DNA from: Camelus dromedarius
Taxonomy: Eukaryota
Assembly (NCBI RefSeq): GCF_036321535.1
Contig: NC_087441.1
Location: forward strand, 32,674,001-32,738,000
Direction: 5' to 3'
Length of the DNA: 64,000 nucleotides
Shown in pieces: positions 39,160-51,049 of the stretch (the first letter of the stretch is position 1; every line of letters starts with the position of its first letter). Below the pieces are notes generated by a model, which saw only the letters and a list, made by a program, of their open reading frames with translations, had not been told where the DNA came from and did no database searches. The position numbers were made by a program, and so were the translations under genes.

Positions 39160-39362
39160 TGCTCTCCAAAATCATAGTTAATTTTTACTCGAAAGACAAT
39201 TTTCTCTTTATGAGAAATGCCTGTTCCCAGGATGGAAGCCTTCTATAAACTCATGGAGCCTTCCACATGAAATTTAGTACCCCAAGTAGGCTTCCATAAA
39301 GGCATTTCTCATAAAGAGATAACTGTCTTTCAAGTAAAAATTAACTATGATTTTGGCTAGCA
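39160..39362. repeat. Long inverted repeat (57-bp core arms, 54/57 identical; 77-nt spacer containing an extra 10-bp helix)
   Basis: 39166-39222 versus the reverse complement of 39300-39356, compared base by base; inner ATGGAAGCCT (39232-39241) / AGGCTTCCAT (39288-39297). Confidence 0.97.
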
Positions 39363-42300
39363 ACCTGAAGTTGACATCATACAGATGTAAGTAACTATTT
39401 ACCAGGTTAAAGTCAACTAACTTAATAAGTCAAAATACCAGAATGAAGAAAGTCTGATAGATTAACTCATGGATCTCACTCTTTTAAATTTTATGGTGAA
39501 TAAAAGAGGCTCAAGGAAGAATATCTATCTGATTTATAAAAACAAAGATGCATCAGATAAATTACTGATGTAAAAGAGGTCAGATGTGAGGGCGAGTGTG
39601 GTGAGGGTTAAGGCTAGCCCTTTAGCTAAAAATGACTTTTTTAATTAAATGGAATGATTCTCCTGTTCAGCCTAACAATAGCATACAAGGCCAGTACTCC
39701 AGAAATGACTGACTTAAATTGAATGGTTCTTACCAACCTTAAATTAGTCAGAAGTGGACATGAATTTAATAGCTAAAAAATAAGTGGATCTCAGTTTTGC
39801 AAAACTACGTAACACTGTTTTCCACTTGGCTATATAAGTTCAAATATACTAAATTTGCAATACTTGTTCAAAACATATTTAATGGAACCTATTAAACTTG
39901 TTAATCAAAATCATACTGTGTCCAGAGATCAACTCAGTAAATGTTCTCACTGATTAATTTTATGTTTTATATTTTGCATTGTTTTACAAAGGAAGTGAGT
40001 CAGCTTAAAATAATATATTCAATAAAATGGAAAAATATAATTAGATAAAAATCAGAATCAAAAATAAAACAAGGTAGAGCAGAAGCTCAAGGGAAAGTTA
40101 GAACATCAATTTTAGGTCATAGGTTTTAACAAGGTTATTAAAATTAAGTTGCAAATTTGACTCTGAGTTTCCTGGTTGCCAAATTAGAAACGGAAATATA
40201 ATCGATTACCTAATTCTAGTTTTGCATGATGAAAAAAAGACACTCAATAATTGCTCAGGGGAAGTAAAGCTTTCCTTTGACATTTAAAGCAGAATGGAAT
40301 TTCTTGCATAAGTTTTCAAACAGGAGCTGTAGAAGAAATTGCAATCTTAAATAACCACATCTCTTAAGTAACGTAACAGTAGGTTTCTTGTTACTGTTTT
40401 TTATTAATAAAATGCTTCTGTAAGAGCACAGTTTCGGGGGAGGGGGTGCAAAGGATGCAAAACAAGGGAACCGAAGTACATAGCTTCTGAAGATGTCTAG
40501 ACTCCTGGCCTAACACTTAGAATTGGTGGAAAATGGGTGGACATCATTTTGCTCAGCCAACTCTTTAAAAACATCATCTCTCTCAGTTAAGCTTCTGATC
40601 AAATTTATGAGCAGACAATTCATATTCCCTGGCATTGAATACCACTGTTGAGGGGAGATTAATACACAACAATCATTCTTCAACCGCCAGCCAGTTCCCT
40701 ATATTTGAAATTTAAGGTTAAAGAAATTTTCCTTTCTATAACTTTTAGGCAACCGTAACAATTTTGGTTCTAATATATGTGAATTGGGTGGATCCTACTG
40801 GATGTAAACAACAACAAAAATGGGCTGGGATAATAAAAAAGACAGTAAGTAACATTTAGCCAGGAAGGAAGAGAGGTTTTGGCAATAAAATCTTAGGAGA
40901 GACACAGGAAAAATAAGAGTAAATCCAGGTTTCAGGATTGCATTCCAGGGCTGCCTGTGGAGGCAGGGTGCAGGGGGCTTACTAGACAGGACCCAGGTAC
41001 TGAGTCATTCAGTCGCAGAGATGCTGCGCATTTGGATGCAAGACACGCACACAGAAAAATGCCTCTTCCATCCTGACATTAGGAACTGGTTTCAGGCCAA
41101 GAGTGCCAGTACAGTCTAAGTGCTCAACTTCTCTTTCTCAAATGAACAAATAAATGTCTATTAACTGCAACAAAGTAAAGGGTTTACTGTAACCATAGGA
41201 GAGGGCTCTTTGAGAAGTTTAAAAGGAAGAACAATGTAAATTAACTGTGCAATATCCTTGATTACAAACTTAAGATGTGTGAAATGTAATAATTTTTATT
41301 TCATGGGAGACTTTTTGCTCTGGTTGAATAAATCAGAGCATATTTTTCATAAGCTCTCTCCCACTGATGGTTCCCCCAATTTCACTACCATTTACCTAAA
41401 AATGTTATTTCCTCACCATCTAGGGAGAACCCAAGTAGGCTGGAGAAACAATAGTAATAAACTATGGCTTACTATAGTTTTATTACAAGTCTTTTGGGTA
41501 ATAAGTAGTAAAGATGGTGAAGATGTATTAAAATGACAAGAAAGAAGGAAAGAGAGGAAATAAGTGACTGGAACATTCCCAGATAATTTTTGCTAAACAA
41601 AGTGAAAAATGGTTAATACTGACTCATCAAACTTACATAATGAGAAAATAAAAACAAAATCAAAACAGTAAATATCATGGTGCAGAAAGAAAGCACATGA
41701 AACATAACACAGTTATCCTTGATTATTTCAAGATAACATAAAATTTAAAAGCAGAAAATGCACTAAATCTTCCAAATCCTGGATTTCACAACCACCCTGG
41801 TTGTCAAACTTGGAAACTGATACGTTTATATACTTAGGAAAACCCATGCAGTTTAAAATGTGTGACTACACCATGAATTGTGAATCACTTAGGATTTACA
41901 AACATTTCTAAATGCTTTATTTTCACCATTACCTGTAATAAAATACATTATAATTAGGTCAACCATAACAACTCAATTCCAAAATGAGTTAATATGTCAC
42001 CTATTAACCACATCACTGTTACCTCTGGAGTAACCTAGAATTTCCTTTAAACATGAACTGTACTTTTTTAAACTGTGTTTTAGAGTTTAATTAAAATAAG
42101 TCTTATTACCAATTAGAAAAAAATTGCAAGCTTAGAAGTGAAATTATATTAGGAGCTGAGGAGAATTACCTTATTTAATTATATATTAGACTAAGAAGGA
42201 ATAACATATGGTCCTAAAACTGACAAAATTCAACTTAAATCTTGGGATAACCAATTTTAAACTTCAATGGCCACAGGACAAATACATTTTAATCCTAAAT

Positions 42301-43079
42301 TGTCTTTAGATGAAGCTTGAAACACAGTTCATTCAACAAAAAACTAACGGGGGTCCATTATGCATCAGGCCAGGGGATTACAGGATTGAACAAGATGAGG
42401 ACTCTGTCCTCCTGGAGTTTACACCAGGTTCATTTTCCAAAGCTCTAAACCTTAATACGTTAATAAAATTGGAGCTTACAACAATTCACTTTCCAAAACT
42501 CTAAACCGTCTTGCTTAATATGAAATTTAGAAAGAATAGAGACAATCTTGCCAAAAGCTCTGATGTATGAACTTTACACTTGGGAAAGAAGAAGGAATTC
42601 ATAACCAGTTTTTCAGAAATACAAACCTTAACATCTAGTTGGAAGCCAGGCTGCGCCCGAGGCTGCCTCTGCTGGACGACTCCGTGCATCCTTCCAGCAG
42701 ATTCTCAACTCCCTACACCTGTATCAAACTTGCCAGGCTCTTAAGCACACGCCTTCACGAAAGCAGGAGGCTCCCAAGAAAGCAGCGCGAGAATACCCCA
42801 GCCTCATCTATCTCCTAAATACTGGACTTCTAGAAGGGCCTTCTCTAACTGGCCCTAAAATGCTGACTGTAAGGGTTTGAGATATCAATTTTATATATCA
42901 GCCAGCTACCTCTGAAATACACAAAAATCCACAGCGACTTCTATATGCCGCTGAAATAACGCTTTCCGTGGCTACATATTGGGAGAAAACAGGAAGAACG
43001 CATCTGTTCATCAAGCCGAAAAAATATGGTGACATATTTCCACCTGAGCTGCTGAAAATCCAACGGTCTCCCCCCTCAC

Positions 43080-44200
43080 CCCAATAATTCACACATCAAC
43101 CCGTCCTCTCCACCCTTGCGCGAACACAACCGGGCCCAGGGGGGTGGGCAAAAAAGGGTCAAGCTCTCCGTTGCCACCGCTCGATCTCCCGAACTCAAAA
43201 AGATGTTGTCAGGTTTACAGGGGCTGCGCCCAGCGCCATTAGCACACCTCCGAGTGAAGCACCGAGCTCCGGAGGGAGGCAAGTTTGGCGGGTCCTGGCC
43301 CCGGCCCCCCGCCCTCCCCAGCGGCAGGATCAGACGCGGACAGCGGCAAGGTCTGGTCCCGGCTTCACCCACCTACCTACAGGGCGGGGGCGCCGGCTCC
43401 TCGGGTCCGGGAGAAGAGGATCTGGCGCACGCATTTCTGGGAGCGGTGGCCTCTGCCGCTCAGCGCGGGGGAGAGCATCCTCCAGGGTGGGTGGAAGGAG
43501 GGGTCTAGGGAGGACCGTGCGGTGACGAGGAGCTGGGGCTGGAGGGAGGAGCGCCCAGGCGCGCCCCAGGGGACCGGCGTCCAGAGTTGGTGGACGCGGC
43601 CGCCGCCAGGACTCCTCAAGCCTCTCCTCACGCGCGGCGCCTGGCCAACCCTGCAGAAGCGCCCGCAGTCAGGACATCGGCCACGACAGGCTCCCGGGCC
43701 CGGCCGGAGGCGGGGAGCTGCGGGTGGCGCGACGCGGTGCAGAAGCCCGCCTCTAGCTCCGCCCGGCCCGCGCTACGCTCTGCGCCCCTCCGCTGCGGCG
43801 GGGGCCGGGGAGCTCGGCGGCCGGGCTCGGAGGCTCGGGCTGCAGCTGCGGCATCCTCCCCACCCAGGAGACCTCCGAGCTGGGAGGCTGGGTACCCCCG
43901 CCACCCGCCGGCGGCTGCCGCCTCCACTGCCCCGTCGCAGCCCCAGCCTGGGCCCGGCGGCTCCGCCCCGAGAGCTGCGTGCGCGGCCTCCGCAGGCCTC
44001 GGCCCTTTGTGACGCCTCCCGGGAGCGAGCTCGTTGCGACTCGGGCGGCCGGACTCCCTGTGGCGGACCCTGGGAAGGTCTTCTTACCTCGCCCCAGGCC
44101 GCATCCCCTAAAGCTGGCCCGCCGTGGCCACTACTCTTCGTGGGAAGTGAACCTTTGAGAGCAGAGCTGGAATTTGAGCGCCTCCCTGCGCTTTAAAGCC
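43080..44200 (-). promoter_or_regulatory. NCOA7: CpG island; main NCOA7 promoter / non-coding first exon region
   Basis: Abrupt switch to very GC- and CpG-rich sequence with GC boxes, ~20 kb upstream of the ATG exon. Minus-strand donor-like sites at 44088 (GAG|gtaaga), 43632 (CGC|gtgagg) and 43377 (TAG|gtaggt). Confidence 0.88.
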
Positions 44201-47200
44201 TAGAGTTTCCTTCCAGCTCAGGGACCACTGGTCACAATAAATTCACCCTTCTGTCCTTTTCCGGCGTTCGGTTTCGCAAAAGAGCCCACCATCCCCTTCC
44301 TCCTCCTGCCCCCTTCCCCGGTACAGCATCCCGGATGCTGCCAAGTTGCAATCATTACAGCAATCGGGACGTAGCAATTGAGCTCTCCAGACCGACTCTT
44401 GGCAGAGACCCGAGAGAGCCTTGGTTGGGAGGATTTGCATCATCAGCGGGGCAGTGCCTGTGAGCTTCCCATCCCCACTTGGGAGCTGTTCCTTCTAAGA
44501 TCCCATGACTAGCACTGCAAGATGACTAGGAGGATTTGGCCGTGAAGTTTACCCTTACACATAGAAAAAAACTTCATGGAGGAGCCTGCAGTTGGTCAGA
44601 TAACACTGGTGTGCCACAGGCCAAGTACACAGGCACGCTAGATAGCGGCCTCCCCTGGCTTGTTGATGCTGCTTATGCTGTAACCGCCTCTCGTGGAAGG
44701 TGGAGCGAAGCGCTTAACAGCGATGGCTTTGGGATGTCAGCTTCAAGTGGTCATGTTATACAATCCTGCAAAATACGGAATCATCGCCCGATTCTGCTCT
44801 CAGCACGTATGAAGTGGGACCTCAGGTTTACATCCTTTTGGTTTGAATGTGAAGAATTGATTTTCTCTTTTTTCTTCAGGCACTGTGTTATTTGAAAACT
44901 ATTTTCAAGGGAAAATTAGTCTCCTAAAATATAAAGAGCTGATTTCATTGAATCAGAACACGGTTTGGGATCTCCAGATAAACTGAGCTGCTCTCACACT
45001 TCTTTCGTGAGTGTTTTTGTAATTTGAAATCTAAGGTTAATCTTTTAAAAACAGTCAAAGAAGAGACATGTCCCATAGCAGTACAAACTGTGACAAAATC
45101 GCAAAGGCTTTTTGAGATGAGTTAAGCAAAGTGGAGCTGCATCATGTACGGGTCAGGAAACACAGGGCACATGACTTGGCAACTTTCAGGGACTCTGATT
45201 TGATTTAGAGCCCCAGTTTATTTTCAAAAGATATCCTTTATTATTCATGATAATTTGCCCCAAATTCAGAACAAGCTGACTATAGGAATGTATATGTATC
45301 TATGTGATGTATAAGTGACAGAATGAAGACACTGAGAATTTGGCAGTTGCTTACTCATTTGTAAACAGGTATGCTTTAGATTGTAGTTTGCAGGAAATGT
45401 CCATTGAGTTGCAATTCTTGACTGTTTCCATCCTTTCACCACCAGGGGTCCCCTTTTGTTTTTCCTCTCTATATACCCCATGCTTTGTCAAGAGAAAAAT
45501 TAAGCAATGATCTTTTTTATTAGACAAAGATATAACTGAGTATGTTTTCTAAAAGTAATAACCATCAACTATAGGTCTGTCAGCCTTTCAAAAACACTGC
45601 CTGTAATTTAGGGACCCTCTTCACTGTCTTCAACTCCTCTAGGGCTGCAGGCTGTATCATAGGCAAATTATAACATTTTATTACAGTGAAAGTCCCGGGA
45701 ATAAAGTCTTCTGCTCTTCAGTTTAAAGGGGGAGAAAATCCCCCCTTAAACCTTGTTCATTCGTTCGTTTTCATTAACTCAGCATTTATTGATTTGCCTA
45801 AGTCTTGTGTGTGAATGACAAATTATATTGCTACACTGATTTTAAGGGTGTGAGGGCCTCTGTTAAATATGAAAACTGACCTTTCTGTCTCTGCTGAAGG
45901 GTAGAGGGCATTGTAGAACAATTTAGGTAGAATTGTCATCTTACTTTTTCTGGGGTAAAGAATGCTGTCTGATGAGACTTTGGTGTAGACAGAGAGAAGT
46001 GGAGATCACTTAAGCTCTTAAAGGAAGAAAAGAGGGTCGCTTGCCATCCTCTTTTTTCCCCCACAGGGTAGGAATTGGACCAGATGGGGGCAACTGGTTC
46101 CCTCAGTTCAGGCATCAGGTGTTCTCCCAAGAGATTTCCTGGAGGAGGTGGGTAGGAATTCCACACCAAATAATAACAACCATTGTAACAAATGTATTTT
46201 TCTTATATATCTATTTAATAATGGTTTTGTAATGAAGAAGTATGGCTAGTATTCCTGTTTTTTAACCACAACACTGGTAATCTCTCATGGAACTGGCATT
46301 CCAGGCACATTGGCAAATACTGCTCCAACACTTTGTCAAAAGGAAAGCTCGCTGGTAAATAATGAGTTCACAGCCACAGAGAGAATTGAAATTTCTTTGG
46401 GAGTTTTCTCTGTAAAGGCGTTGGAGAAGGGATTTTTGTACTGGGTGATGAGTTTAACCTACCAGCACTAAGAAAGCTCATTCTCTAGAGGTTAAACTAG
46501 CCTGCTTTTTCTAGCACAGAGAGAAACACCTTCTTTCACACACCTGACTCAGACTGGCTGAGACACAGGAGTTCCGTGGGAGGTAAACACTGATTAACGT
46601 CTGTGGAGGTCTGTGGGGAGACATCCCGCACTTAAAGGGGCAGGACGGAGTTCACTATTTAATAATGTTGAAGGCAGTGGCTCATTTTCACAACTAGGAT
46701 CACTGGTCTGGCACATCACAGACATCACCTTGATTTTTGAGAAGGATGTAAACAGGTCCTTCTGTGAATGGGCCTAGGTTCAGTCCTTCTCTCAGCTTGT
46801 TATAAAAAGGAGGTAGAAATCTTGTCTAAAGAGGAGGTAGAAATCTCTTGTCATTTAAAAGGAGGAAGAGCCAGCCAGAGTGTTTGAGAAAGAAATACTG
46901 ACATCTATAGGAACAGACTGCTGTCTGGGTGCCTGTCAGGGAGTAGAATTTACGGCTGTTTATTTAGAATAAGCGCAATAGATTTGCCCTCTTCTTTTAT
47001 TTACAGTTAATCAAAAAGTATCTACCCTTAGACAGTTTCTGCCGTCTTATTTCTGCTAAAAAATACTCTGTTCAATAGCTTGAGATTTCATTTTTTTTAT
47101 AATTTCTGAAAAACTTATTCAAATAATCTCGTACTAAGATATTGTGATAAGATATAATTTAAAATTCTGAAATGAATCCCTAAGCTCAAGGTGATATTAA

Positions 47201-47264
47201 GTGCTGATTGTTGTTTGGATTTACTGAGTGAAAAAATGTATACAGCAATAAGCTGAAAGGGGAG

Positions 47265-47447
47265 TTTTTCGAGGGAAATAGAGATTCACAAAAAGTTGCA
47301 AAACATGTACAGGGAAGTCCCGGGTTTTCCCCCAGTTATCCCCCATGACAACACCTTAATTATAGTACAAAATCAAAACCAGAAAATTGACATTGGTATG
47401 ATCTTTAGAACTCATTGAGATTTCACCAGTTTTACACACGTTCCTGC

Positions 47448-47486
<39 letters not shown>

Positions 47487-48060
47487 ATGCAATTTTATCA
47501 TCTGTATAGATTCTTCTCCCACCACCACTATAAGATACAGGACTGTTCCTTTACTCCCACAAAGGTACCACAACCTACCCCTATACAGTCATCTCCATTC
47601 TCCTCCCTACATCTCTAATTCCTGTCAATCACTGCTCTGTTCCCATCTCTATAATTTCAAAAATTCTACAGAAATAGAATCATATTGTGCATAAACTTTG
47701 GGATTGGCTTTTTTTTTTTTCATTCAGCATAATTCCCTTGGGATCCATCCAAGTTGTTACATATATCAATGGTTTGTTCCTTTTTTTGATAAATCTTCTA
47801 TGGTATGGATATACCACAGTTTATCAGTTCACAAATTGAATGTTTCAGTTGTTTTCAGTTTTAAACTATTATGAATAAAGCTGCTACAGACATTCGTGTG
47901 CAGATTCTATGTGAATATAAGTTTTCATTTCTCTGATATAAGTGCCTACGGGTACAACTGAAGAGTCATATATTAAGTGCATCTTTCATTTTATAAGAAA
48001 CTGCCAAACTATTTTCTAGGGTGGCTGTACCATTTTACATTCCTATTGGCAAAGTATACG
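47265..48060 (-). mobile_element. L1MC-type LINE 3' portion
   Basis: agattcacaaaaagttgcaaaa...tatagtacaaaatcaaaaccagaaaattgacattggt...aaactgccaaactattttctagggtggctgtaccattttacattcc. Confidence 0.85.
47451..47480 (+). repeat. (TG)15 microsatellite inside L1MC
   Basis: Direct reading. Confidence 0.95.
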
Positions 48061-49308
48061 TGATATATATAATGTGTTTTTAATCTGTTAAATAAACTAA
48101 TTTAATTGAAGAATTGTCAATATTTAATTGAAGAATACATTTCTTTTCCTATTCGCTTCTCTATGAACCGTAATTGCTTGTTTACTTGAACCCCGCCAGA
48201 GTAAACTTCAAGATCACAGGCATCCTGTGCCTAACATAGTGCCTTAACATGTATTAGATAGTCAATAAATATTTGTTCAGCAAACAAACAAATGAACAGA
48301 AGAATAGCTGAGTCAGATTGAAATCAAAATTGAAAAATTAAATTTTCCATGAATTATGACTATAACTGAATTTTAATTGGATGTCATGATTTTTCTTCCA
48401 ATACATAACATTTTCAAGTCAGAAATTGGCATTCTATAAAGTGAGTCACTTGTGGACCAATTAATAAAAATCAAATGCCAAATTATGTCGGCCAAGGTTA
48501 CTCATTGTACTACTTTGGTAATAGCAAAATATTGAAAATAATCTAAATGAACAGTCATATAAAACTGCTTTAATAAAATACACAGTGGAATACCATGTAG
48601 TTATCAAAAATGATGAAAAAATACTTTATATAAAAAATGGACAGCCTTCAAAAGAAATTAATTTTAAAAATTACAGAAGAGTATGTAGAGTATGCCCCTC
48701 CTTGTGTATAAATTTTAAAAATGAAATTAACAGAGAAAAGCTATATTCATAAAGATGTTTATTCTCCCTAAATCAATATTTTATAAAGTACAGAACATGC
48801 CTGGACCACCTTGCGCTAGAAAGTAAAGTGCTGAAAAATTTATAGGGACATGTCAAAAGAACACAGGAGCCAGCTTAAAGGTCTCCTTCTGGCCAAATTT
48901 GGGACAATTTCAGTATTAAATGAATAATGACAGTGGTAGATTACAATACATTGACTGAAAACACAAAGATAAGAAAAAGAATATAAGTCCAAACCGATAT
49001 TTTAACATTAAATGAAAGATAAAAAGAGGGAGTAGAGAAAGGAAGGTTCTTTACATGAGAATGATAAAATAACACCATTCTGTAACCACCATAGTAGTAA
49101 CTGATTCAGGCAAGGATTGTCAGTGGTTGCTAAAACCACTGAGTGAAATTTTGCTGAGGGAAAGAAAATTCATACATTTTCCAAGTATTATTTCCAGGGG
49201 TGATATGTGCCTTTTTTTTTTTTTTTGAAATTTGTTCATGATAAGTGTCAAAGGTAACTTTATAGTGGAGAAATATGGCAGACACCATCACCAAATGATC
49301 AGACTTAC

Positions 49309-49792
49309 TGTATCTGTTTCTTATTGGCACCATAAAAAATTACCACAAACTTAGTGGCTTACAGCAGCACAAATTTATTATCTTACAGTTCTGTAGTCCA
49401 GAATTCTGACACGGCTCTCACTAGGCTAAAATCTAAGTTTTGGCAGGGCTGTTTCTTTCTGGTGGGTCTTCCTTGCCTTCTACAGCGTCTAAAGGCCTCC
49501 TGTATTCCTTAGTTCATGGTCCCCTTCCTCCATCTTCAAAGCCAGAAAAGGCTAGTTGAGTCTTCCTCAGATCACATCACTAGGACTCAAGTCTCCCGGC
49601 TCCCTCCCTTACTTATAAAGACCCTTATGATGATTTTGGACCCAACCAGATAATCTGGGATAATCTCCTCTGTCTCAAAGTCCTTAATTTAATCATATCT
49701 GCAACATTCCTATTGCCACATGAAGTAACATTCATGTATACTGGAGATTAGGGCAGGGACATCTCACAGGGGCCATTATTCTGCCTCCCACA
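49309..49792 (-). mobile_element. MLT1D-type MaLR solo LTR
   Basis: Minus strand starts TGTGGGAGGCAGAATAATGGCCCC; TG...CA ends; TSD CTTAC/TTTAC (4/5). Confidence 0.88.
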
Positions 49793-50301
49793 TTTACCTT
49801 TAGAGACAACACAATACACTAGCATTATGCAAATTCTGATGTAATGCACTGAGAAGGACACATCATTTAAGGTAGTTTTCCTGGCAAAAGAAGTATTTGT
49901 CTAAACTGAGGGACTTTCTGAAGCAACTGTCCTCCACTATTCAAAAAGGTCAATGCTGTTTAAAAAAAAAAAAAGATTGGGGAATTGTTTCAGATTAAAG
50001 GACGAAGACTACAGAAACATGACAACTAATGTAATGTATAATCCTTGAGTGGATCCTGGATAAAAAGGAAAACATATAAAAGGTGGTAGGACAATTGGAA
50101 AATCTGATTATGAACTGTATGACAAATAATATGGTATTAAATTTAAATTTCCTAAATGTGGTTATTGTATTGCTCGTTCTTAGGAAATATATGGTATAGT
50201 ACTTAGAAGTAAAGTATCATGTGTCTGCAACTAACCTCAGTTGATTCAGAAAAAGGTCAAGAGGCAAATATGGAAAAATATTAACAACTGGTGAATCTAG
50301 A

Positions 50302-50615
50302 TTAGTACTATAAAATATAAATATAATGCAAGCCATATATATAATTTTAAATAGTCTAGTAGCTACATTAAAAAGTAAAAAGTAAGTGGAACTAATTTTA
50401 ATAATATTTTAACTCAATATATTCAATTATGATTTAAAATGTAATCAGTGTAAAAATCATTAATGACATATTTTACATGCTTTTTTTTTTCAAGTTAAGG
50501 CTCAAAAATCCAGTATGTATTCAACACCTGGAGAGCACCTAAATTCTTACTAGCCACGCTTCAGTGCACAATAGTCACAGGATGGATGCTGGTACCACTA
50601 AATTAGACAGCACAG
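50302..50615 (-). mobile_element. MER33 (hAT-Charlie MITE)
   Basis: aaatataatgcaagcc...ctagtagctacattaaaaagtaaaaag...actagccacgcttcagtgcacaatag...attagacagcacag; inserted at a TCTAGA-type site. Confidence 0.8.
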
Positions 50616-51049
50616 ATGCAGGATATGTGTGTGTTCATTTTCTATACTTGCAATTTTCTGTAGGTTTGGAATGTTTCAATATTAAAAGTTGGGGAAAAAA
50701 GAAATGGGAATTTCTAGGAAATAAAAAATAAAATAAATAAAACTTAAAATAGCATAGACCATTTCTAGGAGGTTACAGAAGAAACTGTTAACCCGGATTA
50801 ACTGTGGGAAGAAATGAGGCGTAATGAGGGGAAAACACAGGGATGATAGTTCTCACTGTACCCTTTCGTACCTTTGTAATTAAGTTTAGAAATTTCCGCT
50901 GGTGATGTTTCCATCTTTACTTATTAGTCTTAATAAGTCCTTTTAATCTTCCTGTTCTCATATTATTAAATAATTTTAGGTAAATTTCATTAATAATTTA
51001 AATTCCATTTCTGAGTTGCTGAAACAAGAAAAAAAAAAAAGTATTTCAG

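Larger units (their letters stand above)
48770..50700 (+). mobile_element. L1MC4-like LINE 3'UTR hosting nested MLT1D and MER33
   Basis: Motifs ctagaaagtaaag...ggagccagcttaaagg, tagtggagaaatatggcagacaccatc and aacaactggtgaatctag|...|gatatgtgtgtgttcattttctatactt. Confidence 0.75.

Noticed and set aside
43285-44196. 303-aa plus-strand ORF and overlapping ORFs in the CpG island
   Set aside because: Low-complexity Pro/Arg/Gly/Ala translation expected from stop-poor GC-rich DNA; no recognisable domain; antisense to the NCOA7 promoter.
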